From Octopus vulgaris (lineage: Eukaryota), in contig OX597815.1 in the NCBI GenBank assembly GCA_951406725.2, positions 178,932,001 through 178,996,000 of the forward strand: a stretch of 64,000 nucleotides of DNA. Direction: 5' to 3'. The position numbers were made by a program, and so were the translations under genes. The notes under the pieces were generated by a model that had not been told where the DNA came from, made no database searches, and was given only the letters and a program-made list of their open reading frames with translations. This document shows, in pieces, positions 13,325 to 26,112 of this stretch. The stretch's first letter is position 1; the number at the start of each line of letters is the position of its first letter.

Positions 13325-13702
13325 GGAGGCACAATGGCCCAGTGGTTAGGGAAGCAAACTCACAGTCGTAGGATCATGGTTTCGATTCCCAGACTGGGCG
13401 TTGTGAGTATTTATTGAGGAAAAACACCTAAAGCTCCACAAGGCTCTGGCAGGGGTTGGTGGCAAAGCCTGCTGTATTCTTTCAACACAACTTTCTCTCA
13501 CTCTTTCTTCCTGTTTCTGTTGTACTTGTATTTCAAAGGGGCCAGCCTTGTCACACTCTGTGTCATGTTGAATCTCTCCGAGAACTACATTAAGGGTACA
13601 CGTGTCTGTGGAGTACTCAGCCACTTGCATGTTAATTTCACGAGCAGGTTGTTCCATTGATCGGATCAACTGGAACCCTTGTCATCGTAACCGATGGAGC
13701 AC
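13325..13702 (+). mobile_element. SINE family C (tRNA-Arg-like head), full copy
   Basis: Head GGAGGCACAATGGCCCAGTGGTTAGG...GGTTTCGATTCCC with A and B boxes; TCG anticodon-like triplet in the better copies. Others (approximate): 1141-1300, 36745-37165(-), 49898-50215(-), 53835-53990(-), 59395-59785(-). Confidence 0.85.
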
Positions 13703-14195
13703 CACAATGATTTTTTTAAGAATGGTGAGTTGGCAGAATGGTGATGGCACCTTAGTCTAACAGCAGTTCTTTTTTTTTTTTTTAATACTCTTCATTCAAA
13801 TTTCAAAGTTTGATTTCCAAAATAAGTATTGGCAACATATTGAGATTGTTTCAATAGAATATTTTTTCTACAAAAAAAATCATTCTAGATGTAAACCCAG
13901 ACATCATCATAATTTAGCACCCATTGTCCATGCTGGCATGGGTTGGACGGTTTGACCAGGGCTGGCAAGCTGGAAGGCTGCACCACACTCCAGTCTCTGA
14001 TTTGGCATAGCTTCTATGGCTGAATGCCTTTCCTAATGCCAACCACTTTGAGAGTGTAATGGGTGCTTTTACGTGCCACCGCCACAGGGGCCATTTGTGT
14101 GACACCGGTATCTGCCTCGACTGCAATTTTATTTGTCCTGATGGGTCTTCTTGTGTCATTATTTTCATTGATTCTTTTAAAATATCTTTGAACAG

Positions 14196-14351
14196 TATGG
14201 TGAGGAAACTAGCGTTGATGGTCTTGATCAACACATGCTTGGATGTGCCCTCTATTACCTGGAGCTGATGTCATTTCTTTCCAATGATGAAATTGCTGCA
14301 ATCACAGATTGTTCTAGCACTCGCCATGTCGTCTCATCTTTCCTGAAAGTG
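14196..14351 (+). CDS. Exon D (YGEETSVDGLDQHMLGCALYYLELMSFLSNDEIAAITDCSSTRHVVSSFLKV)
   Basis: AACAG acceptor, GTAAGT donor at 14352; 156 nt, phase 0-0, no stop. Confidence 0.85.
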
Positions 14352-15191
14352 GTAAGTCTTTGCTTTTAAAACACCTCGAACCTTTATTAATTTCTGTGAA
14401 TTCAATTTGCAGTTTTTATGATGTTCCTGTTTTTTTTTTTTTTTTATTGTTGTGGTCAGCTGGTAGAATTGTTAGCATGTCAGACCAAATGCTGTCTTTA
14501 CATTCCGAGTTCAAACTCTGTTGAGGTCGACTTTATCTTTCACTCTTTTGGTGTTTATTAAATAAGTACCAGTGGTGTGCTGGGGTCAATCTAATCAACT
14601 TTCCCTCTCTCCCTAGAATTTCAGGTTTTGTGCTTATAGTAGAAAGGATTAATGTTACTATTTCTTTATATTGCTGTTGTTATCATTCTTGTTAGAAATA
14701 GGATCACTGGCAGATTTGTGCCAGGAACTGCATTCCAATAAAACATTTACTAGTTGTTCAATTGACTCTAAGTGGTAGAGACTCTGTACATTTGGTAGCA
14801 AATTCTCTCTGGTCTCTGTTTTAGCCTCAAGAAAGAGCTGTATTAGTAGAAATTTAGACATCATCATTGTCGTTTAACGTTCGCTTTCAATGCTGGCATG
14901 GGTTGGACAGTTTGACTGAGGACTGGCAAGCCAGAAGGCTGCACCAGGCTCTTGTCTGATCTGGCAAGTTTCTACAGCTGGATGTCCTTCCTAACACCAA
15001 CCACTCTGAGAGTGTAGTGGGTGCTTTTTACGTGCCACCGGCACAAGGGCCTGTCAGATGGTACTGGCATCAACCATGCTTGAATGGTGCTTTTTACATG
15101 CCAGTCAGGCAGCACTAGCAATGATCACCCTTGAAAGATGCTTTTTATATGCTACCAGCATGGGAGCCAACCAGGCAGTACTGTCATCGGC

Positions 15192-15426
15192 GAGCTGGCA
15201 GAATCGTTAGCACGCCGGGCGAAATGCGTAGCTGTATTTCGTCTGCCATTACGTTCTGAGTTCAAATTCCGCCGAGGTCGACTTTGCCTTTCAACCTTTC
15301 AGGGTCGATAAATTAAGTACCAGTTACGCACTGGGGTCGATGTAATCGACTTAATCTGTGTGTCTGTCCTTGTTTGTCCCCTCTGTGTGTTTAGCTGTCT
15401 TTACCCTTGTGGGTAGTAAAGAAATA
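15192..15426 (+). mobile_element. SINE family B nested in a family D element
   Basis: TSD AGTACTGTCATCGGC on both sides; near-consensus sequence. Confidence 0.85.
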
Positions 15427-16574
15427 AGTACTGTCATCGGCCATAACAATGACTTTACTTGACTTAAAAGGTCTTCACAAGCGCAGTTTATTGCTCAATG
15501 TACATCATCATCATCATCGTTTAGCGTCTGCTTTCCATGCTGGCATGGGTTGGACGGTGCAACTGGGGTCTGGGAAGCGAGAAGGCTGCACCAGGCCCAG
15601 TCTGATCTGGCAATGTTTCTACGGCTGGATGCTCTTCCTAACCCCATCTATGTACAATTTTTATTTTAGAGCTGATTCTACAAGAAAAAAACAGCCAAAT
15701 AGTTTGGTTGTTGCTGATATTGTTGCTGAATAGCAACATCTACTTTTGCTCAAATTACGATGGAGAGGCAGTGAAATACCTGGGTACCACCCATGGATCC
15801 CACAGGGGTACTTTGTTAGTCTGATATGAGTCTATATGTCACGTTCCAGTCTCTTCTTTGTTTGTTTGACAGACCATGCAGAGCTCTATGCAATGGTAGT
15901 TGACCAGATGTGGTAGTTGACCAGATGTGGCTATGGTTAGAAGCTTGCTTCCCAACCACATGGTTCTGGGTTCAGCCCCACTGTGTGGCACTTAGGCAAT
16001 TGTCTTCTACTATAGCCTCAGGCTGACCAAAGCCTTGTGAGTGGTTTTGGCAGATGGAAACTGAAAGAAGCCTGTCATATACATATGTGTGTGTGTGTGT
16101 AGTTCCTGACTGATTACATGTGTGTTGAGGCTTGCTATGGAATTTATATTTAGATATATTTGGGGCACTTATGTGTACTCATGACTTTTGCTTCTGCTTT
16201 TTCCATAGGTGCTTGTAAGTATTTCATTTATTTCTTAACATATTCTCTGCTGATGGGTGGAAAAATCCATTGGATTAATCCTGAAATCGTTCGATACAAT
16301 GAATTTTTAAAAATAATTCTGTTCGCTTGCTTTCCTCGAGTCAACACAATGCGTATTTATAGTGATGTATAGTGTATGTTGTGATTGATGATTTAAAGTC
16401 TATTTCTCAGTATATTGGTATAGAAATTTTTTCTTTGCCCTTCTTTATAATTGTATATAACTGTGTATGTATCTTTGTGTCTGTGTTTGTCCCCACACTG
16501 TTTCACAACTGGTGTGGGTGTGTATAAACAATTAGATAAAAATGAAAAAAATCCTGCTTTTAGAACTAAAGGTA

Positions 16575-16825
16575 ACATTTGAGTGAGGCAGGAAAGATTC
16601 TCTCTGAATCCTTTTTGGCCCTTGTAGAGCATAGGGCCTCAACAGTTGTTTCCCACTTTTTGCGGTCATTGGCGTGTTTCTTGGCTGCTTCCATGTCAGG
16701 CCGGTGGTCCCGAGCTTGTCCAAAATGCTCCGCTTCCACGCCTGCTTCGGGCACCTCGCTTCCTTTTCCCCTGCGGGTTCAAGTCAAGTGCTTGTCATGT
16801 CACATTTGAGGGTTCTTTCCACAGT
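16575..16825 (-). mobile_element. RTE-clade LINE 3' end relic
   Basis: Frameshifted ALDLNPQGKRKRG..PKQAWKRSIL...EAAKKHANDRKKWETTVEALCST, typical of RTE ORF C-termini. Confidence 0.7.
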
Positions 16826-18057
16826 TAATTAATTGGACCTAATAAAAGATTAGGCCCAATTAATTGTTTTCTTTGTTGGATTTGCAACCTTGCCTATTTA
16901 TGACTGATACGGTCAGTTAATTGTCTTGGACTCTTGTACAAAGCGCAGTTTGCTTGACTGATGAAAATACATTCTAATTTCACTTCATTCTTAACTTCAA
17001 TACATTGCTTGGCATCAGTCTGTTGAACAGGTAACCATTTCTGACTTCACTTATTAAACTATAAACATTTTTGGTTTTAGCTGTTCCTGCAAATATATAT
17101 TTATTTAAAGATGCACTCAAAACAATCAAACATAAAAAAAATAAAACAATAGCTTCATCTTATTGTTTGAATACACACAAGAATCCTATTGCTTTCCCAA
17201 AAGAATGCTAAAATAAAAAAAAGAAACTTTAAAAATATAAAATGTTTTAAAAATAGCTTAGAATTTTCAGTAAGTGTGTGTGTGTGTGTGTGTTATCTCA
17301 GGAAAAAAAAAACTGGTTTAAAATATTTTAAAGACAAAGTTAAACATTAAGATGTAAAAATATTTAAAAAAAATCTAGTATATCAGAATCTTCCCCTCCC
17401 ACCATTTCCCGTGCATAAAATGTAAGAAACAATCACAGAAAAAATATCTTGTGGCTCTGTGGTAAGTAGCTTGCTTACGAATCACATGGTTCCAGGTTCA
17501 TCCCCACTGCGTGGCGTCTTGGGCAAATGTCTTCTACTATAGCCTTGGGCCGACCAAAGCCTTGAGTGGAAAGAAGCCCGTCATGTATATATATATGTGT
17601 GTGTGTCTGTGTTTGTCCCCCAACATTGCTTGACAACCGATGCTGGTGTGTTTACGTCCTCGTAACTTAGCGGTTCGGCAAAAGAGACCGATAGAATAAG
17701 TACTAGGCTTACAAAGAATAAGTCCTGGGGTTGATTTGTTCGACTAAAGGCGGTGCTCCAACATGGTCACAGTCACATGACTGAAACAAGTAAAAGAGTA
17801 TAATAAATATCATAAAATACTTTTTCTATATTTAATGGCAAACGATGGGAAATAATTCCACTAAGTTTGGAGTTATCCCCCCTTAAATATAACCCTTCTT
17901 GACAAATTTGAATGTGAACATCTGATCGTTGTTGTGTTTTGGCACTAGAGGGCACTTCATTCCTTTAGGTCAGTAATTCCCAACCCGAGGTTGCTGCTAG
18001 GATTCTTCTGGTTCTGCATGTACCCCAAGAATTATTATGAGTAATTATTCTGTTTAA

Positions 18058-18276
18058 CCCTCTAGTGTTCAGATTATTCTATCAAACATAATGCTTATTG
18101 ATTCCCATTGATTTGAATTAATCATGCATTATCTCATATCTTCAAGATCTTGATGGTGTAATTACTTAATGTAGAATAACATTGTAGGGTAGGTGTGAGA
18201 GCCTGGATCTGGTCAGTTTGAACATAAAACAGATTAACTATTTTGGCCGGATATGGCCGGTTTAAATACTAAAGGG
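18058..18276. mobile_element. piggyBac-type MITE (second family)
   Basis: TTAA|CCCTCTAGTGTTC...AATACTAAAGGG|TTAA; partial copies at 1-97 and ~27460-27567. Confidence 0.75.
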
Positions 18277-19344
18277 TTAAGTTGATCATATATTGTTTAG
18301 GATAGGTTAGCTCTGATTAAGTAGTCTTTTGTTCAAAGACAATGTAGCTACGACCATCTTGTCTTTTTAGGTATAGTTTAGTCAGCATGTTTACTTTCTA
18401 AGATATTAATCAATGATTTGATAGAAGTTTGCCCACTCTGTATTATCTTTTCCTTTTTGAGATGGTAGGATATGTGATATGAGGGAGATTTGGTTGTTAT
18501 TTCTAGTATGCTGAGTGTCCACACAGAGGCTGCCCTATTAGCCTATTTAGACAGTTGTTTAGCATTGGCTCAAGCCTGATTTGGCAGACATACAGTGAAA
18601 GCCATTCAACCATAGTCATCTCTTGTTTCCAATGGATTTTGTGCATGAAGCACCACATCCTCTCAAGATGTTTGGCTTTGATTTGAGAAATAGCTAAGTG
18701 AAAGAATGATGCACCCAATTGCCTTTTGAAAAAAATTCTTTATTGAAACGTGCCATTTATTAGTAGAATGGAAACAATAACTGTGTAGGAATTGCTTTTT
18801 GTTTTAATCCTTTAGTTACCATATTTCTTTTGAGATGTTCTGTGTTTCTTTCAATTAATTTTAAATATAACAAAGAACTTAGTTATCATTCAGCTAGTGT
18901 TAGGAACATAAATTGTGACTAAGGTTTGGTGGCAGATTTTAATTCAAAACTTATGGATACAAGACATTTGTACTCAGAGCCAGTTTCAGGTGGGTTGGTA
19001 TCAAAAGAATTATACACACCTCTGCATTTGGGTAGATGTATATTAGAACCAGTTGGAAGGATGTGGATTGAAGGAAATTTAGGCTGTTATTTCTAGCATA
19101 TAAAGTGACCACATTGAGGTCTCCTTCTTTCATGGCTTCTGCGATTATTTTTTTCCTTAACCCTATTGTTACTGTATTTCTGTTGAGATGCTCAGTGTTT
19201 TTCAATTAATTTAAATATAACAGAATTTAGTAAAATAACTTAGTTATCATTCTGCTAGTATTACGAACATAAATTGTGACAAAGGTTTGGTGGAAAATTT
19301 TAATTTAAAACCTATGAAAACAAGACATTTGTACTCAGAGCTAG

Positions 19345-19880
19345 TGGATCATACTAGCTTCATTTCTTTCAAGCCTATGTATGTCCTCAACAGTCATGGC
19401 CCATGTTTCACTGCTGTGAAGCATGGCAGTATGCACACTCTGAGCGAGAGGCCCTTTGTCACCAGTAGAGGTAGGAGCTTTCAGAACTTTGCTCAGGCTA
19501 TTCTTATTCTAGTCTTGATGATCTCCGAGCATCTTCCCCCATTACGGACTTGGTCACCTAGGTAGCGGAAGCTATCAACTACTTCTAGTTTTTCCCCCTG
19601 GCATGTGATAGAATCTGTTTCCTGAGCATCTTCGATGTTTATTACCCCTGTACATCTGCTGCACACAAAAGCTATCTTCCTGGTGAACCTTCCTTTGAGG
19701 TTGCTGCACCTCTTATGCATCCATAGCTTACACTAGGTACATCTTATGGCGTTTCTACCTACACCTTTTCTACAGATCGAGCAGGGCCACTTACCTGAAG
19801 GGGTTTGTGATTTGTTCACCTTCCTACTTACTAGGACATTGGTCTTTGCAACATTGACTCCTAAGGCCCTTCGATTCTGG
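19345..19880 (-). mobile_element. RTE-clade LINE reverse transcriptase fragment with Cys-rich insertion
   Basis: KWPCSICRKGVGRNAIRC..CKLWMHKRCS...FVCSRC...LEVVDSFRYLGD...TRIRIA; contains in-frame stops. Confidence 0.85.
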
Positions 19881-20363
19881 GGGTAGGAGTGAGTGTTAGC
19901 GGTGTTGTAAGTATAAGCATTATGAACATCATAGATTTAAGCATTACTGGTGCTGCAGATATAAGTATAAATAGACAAAAGTAAATATGATTATGCCAAT
20001 GTTAGATTAAGTAGGTGGGTGGCTAAATTAGTTGCATTTGTTCCAGGAGAGGAGGGAGGTGAAATTGCAGGTATGATAGAGGACACCACAAGTGAGGGAG
20101 GGGGTTTCTGGTGAGAGAAAAGAGATATCCAGTATTGGTGGTGGGGTGGGAATGGGCAGGTGCACTGCAAATAAGCAAGGGTTAATTTAAGAGAGAGTAT
20201 GAAAAAATATGTAGCCAACTTGGGAACAGAGGAGGGAAGGAGAGCTAAGCATGAAGAATTAAGGAGAAAACTAAGGCTGAGAGAGAGAGATTAGAAAGTT
20301 ATATATTGAAGAGTCAATTTAAATAATTAGCTTACAGAAGTAGATATTAATAAATAATGCATA

Positions 20364-20671
20364 TCTTTATATATAAAACTGAAGTTGTGTGTGTGAGAGT
20401 CTGTCTCCTCCGATTTAGATTCCTAACTACTCCCACATTTTGTGGTGCCGTTTAACCAAAAGCGGGTATCTTATAGACGTGATTCATATCGAGCCCTTCT
20501 GGGTATTAGCGTGCATCTACGATGAGTCTACGATTATAAAAAAATTTACCATCATTTTTTCGCATTGTTAATGCATTTTTTGCTCGGTTTATATAAGGGA
20601 AGTAACTCTCTAAAAATGCTTATATAGTTATTTCCCTTACAAACCCGAGCAACGCCGGGCGATACTGCTAG
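20364..20671 (+). mobile_element. Non-autonomous Helitron
   Basis: A|TC start at 20364; hairpin CCCGAGCAACGCCGGG at 20644-20659; CTAG|T end at 20668-20671. Confidence 0.8.
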
Positions 20672-20975
20672 TTAATAATGAATGAATGAGTGAGTGAGTG
20701 AAAAGATTGAAAAAAAACGAGACAATATCTTAGCTTAGCAGGGAATAACTGGGTGTCATATAGATATCAATGCTGGAATGAGCTGTTATTTCTAGCAGTT
20801 CAAACAATCACATAGAGGCTGCTTTGCTTTGGTGGAAGAAATTGAGTCTGGAAGATGAAAAAGCAGAGCAATTAAATGAAAAAGAGTGGATGATGTATGT
20901 GTTAGAGAGTGGACATTAATACAATTGGGTAATTAAATAATATTTAATTGTTGTCTGTTTTTGTTTTTTTTACAG

Positions 20976-21197
20976 TTCAGTTGCAGTCTAATGAAGAAAG
21001 ATATTGGTAAAGATATTGTGGTGCCTCTGTTGGAATACGATTGGGCTTTGAAACTTCTCTTCTGCCTTGGCTACGATCTAAAGAACGTGAAGAAAGATTC
21101 TACCATTAAATCACCCAAAGAAAGTTTCAAAGCTATTGAAGCTGTTGGTAAAATTCTTTATGGTCTCTTTATCTTACCCTTGGAGGTAAATAAATAA
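20976..21197 (+). CDS. Probable terminal exon E (FSCSLMKKDIGKDIVVPLLEYDWALKLLFCLGYDLKNVKKDSTIKSPKESFKAIEAVGKILYGLFILPLEVNK*)
   Basis: Long T tract plus TACAG acceptor, phase 0; TAA at 21195-21197; AATAAA near 21257. An alternative donor GAG|GTAAAT at 21185/21186 cannot be excluded. Confidence 0.75.
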   Translation, partial: FSCSLMKKDIGKDIVVPLLEYDWALKLLFCLGYDLKNVKKDSTIKSPKESFKAIEAVGKILYGLFILPLEVNK

Positions 21198-21835
21198 AAC
21201 CAAGATTAATACAGGGGGTTGGAAGGAATTAACTGCAATTAACAAAAAAGCCAACCAATAAAACCTACCTCCTTCTTGAAGCATTTGAAATGATAATGAG
21301 GAATATTTGAAGAAACACTGCCAATAGAGTCTAGGCCCCAAAATATAAAGAATTTAAAAAAAAAAGGGAAAGAAAAGAGTGAGAAAAGAAGGAAAAGAGT
21401 AAAACTTCATTTTCTCCTTGTTAGATCTGCCTTTCTTTTTTTTCCCTCATTGGAAGTGAATAATAAAAAAAGACAAAAAATACAGTTTTAGTTTTTCTTT
21501 TTTTTAAATTTTGATTCTTGATGAGAAACATTTCTTGGTGCAGGTTAATGTGTTCTGTTTACATGCTTGCTTGTGTGTGTGTGTGTGTGTGCATGCATGT
21601 ATATGCATGCACATGTGTGTGTATATATGTGTGCATGCATGTATATGCATGCACATGTGTGTGTATATATGTGTAAGCATTCAACAATATGCATATACAG
21701 AAATTATGCATATATATGTATGCATATATGTATATATAAAACAAAAGAGGGTGTGTATTTCCATGCAGGAAAAAAATATAGGCAAATTTATTTAAAATTT
21801 ACCTAAATTTGAAAAACTTGTAAACGTTTTTAAAG

Positions 21836-22578
21836 AACAGGAGTGGCTGTGTGGTAAGTAGTTGTTTACCAACCACATGGTTCCGGGTTCAGTCCCACTG
21901 CATGGCACCATGGGCAAGTGTCTTCTACTATAGCCTCGGGCCGACCAAAGCCTTGTGAGTGGATTTGGTAGACGGAAACTGAAAGAAGCCTGTCTTATAT
22001 ATGTATATGTATGTGTGTTTGTCCCCGTAGCATTGCTTGACAACCGATGCTGGTATGTTTATGTCCCCGTAACTTAGCGGTTCGGCAGAAGAGACCGATA
22101 GAATAAGTACTGGGCTTACAAAAGAATAAGTCCCGGGGTCGAGTTGCTCGATTAAAGGTGGTGCTCCAGCATGGCCACAGTCAAATGACTGAAACAAGTA
22201 AAAGAGTATATAGGCACAGGAGTGGCTGTGTGGTAAGTAGATTGCTTACCAACCACATGGTTCTGGGTTCAGTCCCACTGCTATAGCCTTGGGATGACCA
22301 CATCCTTGTGAGTGGATTTGGTAGACGGAAACTAAAAGAAGCCTGTCGTATATATGTATATGTATGTGTGTGTGTGTTTGTCCCCCTAGCATTGCTTGAC
22401 AACCGATGCTGGTGTGTTTATGTCCACGTCACTTAGCGGTTCGGCAAAAGAGACCGATAGAATAAGTACTGGGCTTACAAAGAATAAGTCCCGGGGTTGA
22501 GTTGCTCGATTAAATGCAGTGCTCCAGCATGGCCGCAGTCAAATGACTAAAACAAGTAAGAGTAAAAGAGTAAAGAGT
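21836..22578 (+). mobile_element. Two tandem family A SINEs (~21836-22208 and ~22211-22578)
   Basis: Two consecutive near-complete copies; the second has a deletion in the CORE-like segment. Confidence 0.9.
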
Positions 22579-22583
22579 ATATA

Positions 22584-23154
22584 TACTAAACTAGTTTCAA
22601 TAATTAATCGATATGTGTGTATTTGTTTATCAAAGGTAAACATTTAGAATTATGAATTAGAAAAACATGTTTAAAAGTTTCGATGTTGACAAGTTTAAAT
22701 GTTCATAACAGTAAATAAGATAAAAACTGTGCATCAACTTGTTTAAATGTACAAAGTTCAGTGTTAGCAGTGATCGACAAGAAATAAATATCAAAGTTTC
22801 GGTCATGCTGAGTTAAGAGGGAGAAAAACAAGTGAGAAATGAGGATAGTAAAAGAGGGGATGCGGTTTATAATTTCTCTGATTCTCTTTTCGTCAAGTGG
22901 AGGAACGTTTGCTTGTAACAACAGACAGAGAATCACAGAAACTGTAAACCAACCTCCACTTTTTTTATCTTCTTTCTCCCTTTTTCCCCAATTTTAACTC
23001 AGTATTACTGAAACTTCGATGATATTTATTTCTTGTCGATCACTACTAACACTAACAAATTGGTGTACTGAAAGTTTTACACATGTTTTTCTAATTTATA
23101 ATTCTAAATTTTTACCATTGATAAACAAAAAATATTGTTGAAACTAGTTTGGTG
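22584..23154. mobile_element. Long-TIR MITE/foldback element
   Basis: Termini TACTAAACTAGTTTCAATA / TGTTGAAACTAGTTTGGTG; internal inverted blocks (e.g. CAGTGATCGACAAGAAATAAATATC vs GATATTTATTTCTTGTCGATCACTA); flanked by TA. Confidence 0.75.
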
Positions 23155-23795
23155 TATATGTATATAAATTTATTTAAAAACAATGAGTTTTTCAAATTTA
23201 GGTGCATTTGCCTATATATATACATACATAAACACACATATATATACACACACTTGTATACACACATATAAACACACACCTTATACACATATATATGTAT
23301 ACTCAAACATGTGTATACACATATATATATACACATATGTATACATACACACACACACATATACACACATGTGTATATAAATAATTTGGGAAAACAAATT
23401 TCCAAATCAATCAGGTACAACCCTTCAGCATTATATGTATCTACATATCATACTTAGGGATCTTGTTTATCATATATTTATACATTTATCTATAAATATA
23501 CAAAGTATCCGATAAAAGTCAATATTAATTCAAAATTGGGGGATTAATCGATATGCAGGTACTCTATTTCAGATTATACAAAAAATTACCTAATCAGTAT
23601 ACCTGATAGTAAACTCATTTTGCACATTACAAAATAAAACTTAAAGGATTTAACCAAAATTACCAGCAGGGTATATAATATACTTTATTAATTATCTCCT
23701 ACTTCAGTTAATACTTATATTTATTAAATATGAAGGAACTACACGTGTTTCAGTAATGGAAGAACACAAGATATATATATATATATATATATATA

Positions 23796-25354
23796 TTAGC
23801 ATTATGACCCATCGTTGCCGGGTCATAGTGCTAGTGCATGTATATATGTTTATATATATGTGTACATATTACATGTACATCTATATATATACACCTACAC
23901 ATAAAATACAAAGTTATATCTTGATATCGCTAGTGATAACAATACTCAAAATATATAACAGACTGGAATTGTAGGCCTGTCTCTTGCAATTTCGATCAAT
24001 TGTATCTTGTCCTCCCTCTTGTATAGAAGTGTGGCTACAATCCAGCCTACCTCTACTTCTTGGGGGACATTTTAAATTTTTATCCGGGACGTCCTACGTC
24101 CCAGATATAAAGGTAAAAATAAAATATTTCCACTTTGCAAGGTTCGAGTCAAGTACTCTCTTGCACGCTCCGTTGACTCGAACCTTGCTTCTATTGTGGC
24201 GAATTTACTGCCTCTAGTTAGATAGCTTTCATAGTCGCAGCAAGGCACTTTTTGATGGTGCTTTCCTCCAGGTGTTCAAATCTTTTTTTTCTTCTCTACA
24301 TTGTATACTTTATAGACAATAGTCTTTTCTTTAATTTAATTTTTTATTTCGTTTGGTGGTGTTATCCTAGATTCACCGTCTTTGTCAGTGATCAATCCGT
24401 ATTTCTTCCATTTTAATTTCAATGAGTTTGCGCCCACCGACGGCTGGAGCGAAATTCATTTTTGGACTTTCTTCTATCGAAGGCATTCTAACAAAAATGC
24501 TTCCATGTAAACGGTGAAAATATTGTCAATTTCCCCAAACAGGGGCACAATTCAATTTTTAAACAATAACCAAAGCTCCTTCTCCCAAAGGGGGAGGGTT
24601 ACAGTTTACAATCATTTAACAAATGCAACACAACAATGTTTCTTTACGAGGAACCAACAAACGTGATAACAATAGTTAAACAGTAATAATAATTACTTAT
24701 GACAAATCTTACGATGAGTTAGAAGGCAGTAAGCAGTTGAAGCTTTAGTCCTTTATGTATAAGAAATAAACCAACAGGAGCGGCTGTTCGAGAAAACGGA
24801 TATTACATACAGCCAAACTTCATATAAATACTTAATGCTAGCTAATTGGCAGATAATCTAATGTAAAAGTCGTGGTAAAGGGTATTGCACACCTCCATCT
24901 GGACTATTCCATTTCTGCACGCTAATCTTATTTTTAATTTATTCCCATTCATGTGAAACTACCTGTTCAAGTCACTGATACAATTTTATACCAATTGTTA
25001 TTTTTACTTTTGTTATGTTACGATTATATTATACTTTAGTTTGATTTTAATTATTACTTACTACATATAATTCAATTGTTATTATTATTTTTATTCTTAA
25101 AGTGAAAGTATCTGACATAAAATAGAGAAATGTTTGTTTCACTTTTATCACGTAATACTGAAATAGTGGAGAAGATATGATATTACTATGGGGTCGCTCT
25201 AGGCAAGAAGTTGAACATTTTTTTGCCCATGAAACTACATGGACCCTAAGTAAGGCATGTGTAAAATTTGATTGAAATTGGTTGTGTAGTTCTCAAGTTT
25301 TAGGGAAACACATAGACAGACAGACAGACATTCTCAGTTTTATATATATAGAGA
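23796..25354 (-). mobile_element. Non-autonomous Helitron-like element (~1.56 kb)
   Basis: Right end ...GACAGACAGACATTCTCAGTTTTATATATATAGAGA|T resembles the 5' TC end of the other Helitrons here; left end has hairpin GACCCATCGTTGCCGGGTC and a CTAG-like terminus. Confidence 0.6.
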
Positions 25355-25619
25355 TAATACACATATGCAATCGTCAGATTTACATTTATTTCAACACATC
25401 TTCAGGTTCTATTTCAAAATATTATATATCTAATTTTACAACCTTTTAAAAACAAGCAATACGTTTAAGCATTAAAGATTAAAAATTAAGAGTAAAAATT
25501 ATACTTTGTAATATTAAGAATTAAAATTCATATTTATAATGTGTGAATTATACATTATAAATATGAATTAGTATATATATCAATCATGTAAAATCAACAA
25601 GATGTCAAATAAAAGAATG

Positions 25620-25867
25620 TGATATATATATATATATATATACACATGTACTGTACTTGTATATATATATACATATATATATATACACAAGTACTTGGAT
25701 ATATATATATATATATATATACACACAAGTACTTGGATATATATATACATATATATATATACACACAAGTACTTGGATATATATATATATATATATATAT
25801 ACATACACACAAGTACTTGGATATATATATATATATATATATACATACACATACACACAAGTACTTG

Positions 25868-25900
<33 letters not shown>

Positions 25901-25967
25901 GTACTTGGATATATATATATATATACACATGTACTTGGATATATATATATATACACACATGTACTTG

Positions 25968-26002
<35 letters not shown>

Positions 26003-26110
26003 ATATACTTGTGTATATATTTATATACACACACACATACTTGTATATATATTTATATACACACACATACTTGTATATATATGTATATACATACACACAT
26101 ATACTTGTAT
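25620..26110. repeat. Compound minisatellite: ACACA(A/T)GTACTTGG(AT)n units
   Basis: About 8 GTACTTGG cores separated by variable (AT)n, grading into CATACTTGT units. Confidence 0.9.
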
Positions 26111-26112
26111 AG

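Noticed and set aside
25640-25980. CRISPR-like repeat-spacer appearance
   Set aside because: Spacers are just (AT)n, the context is eukaryotic, and there are no cas genes.
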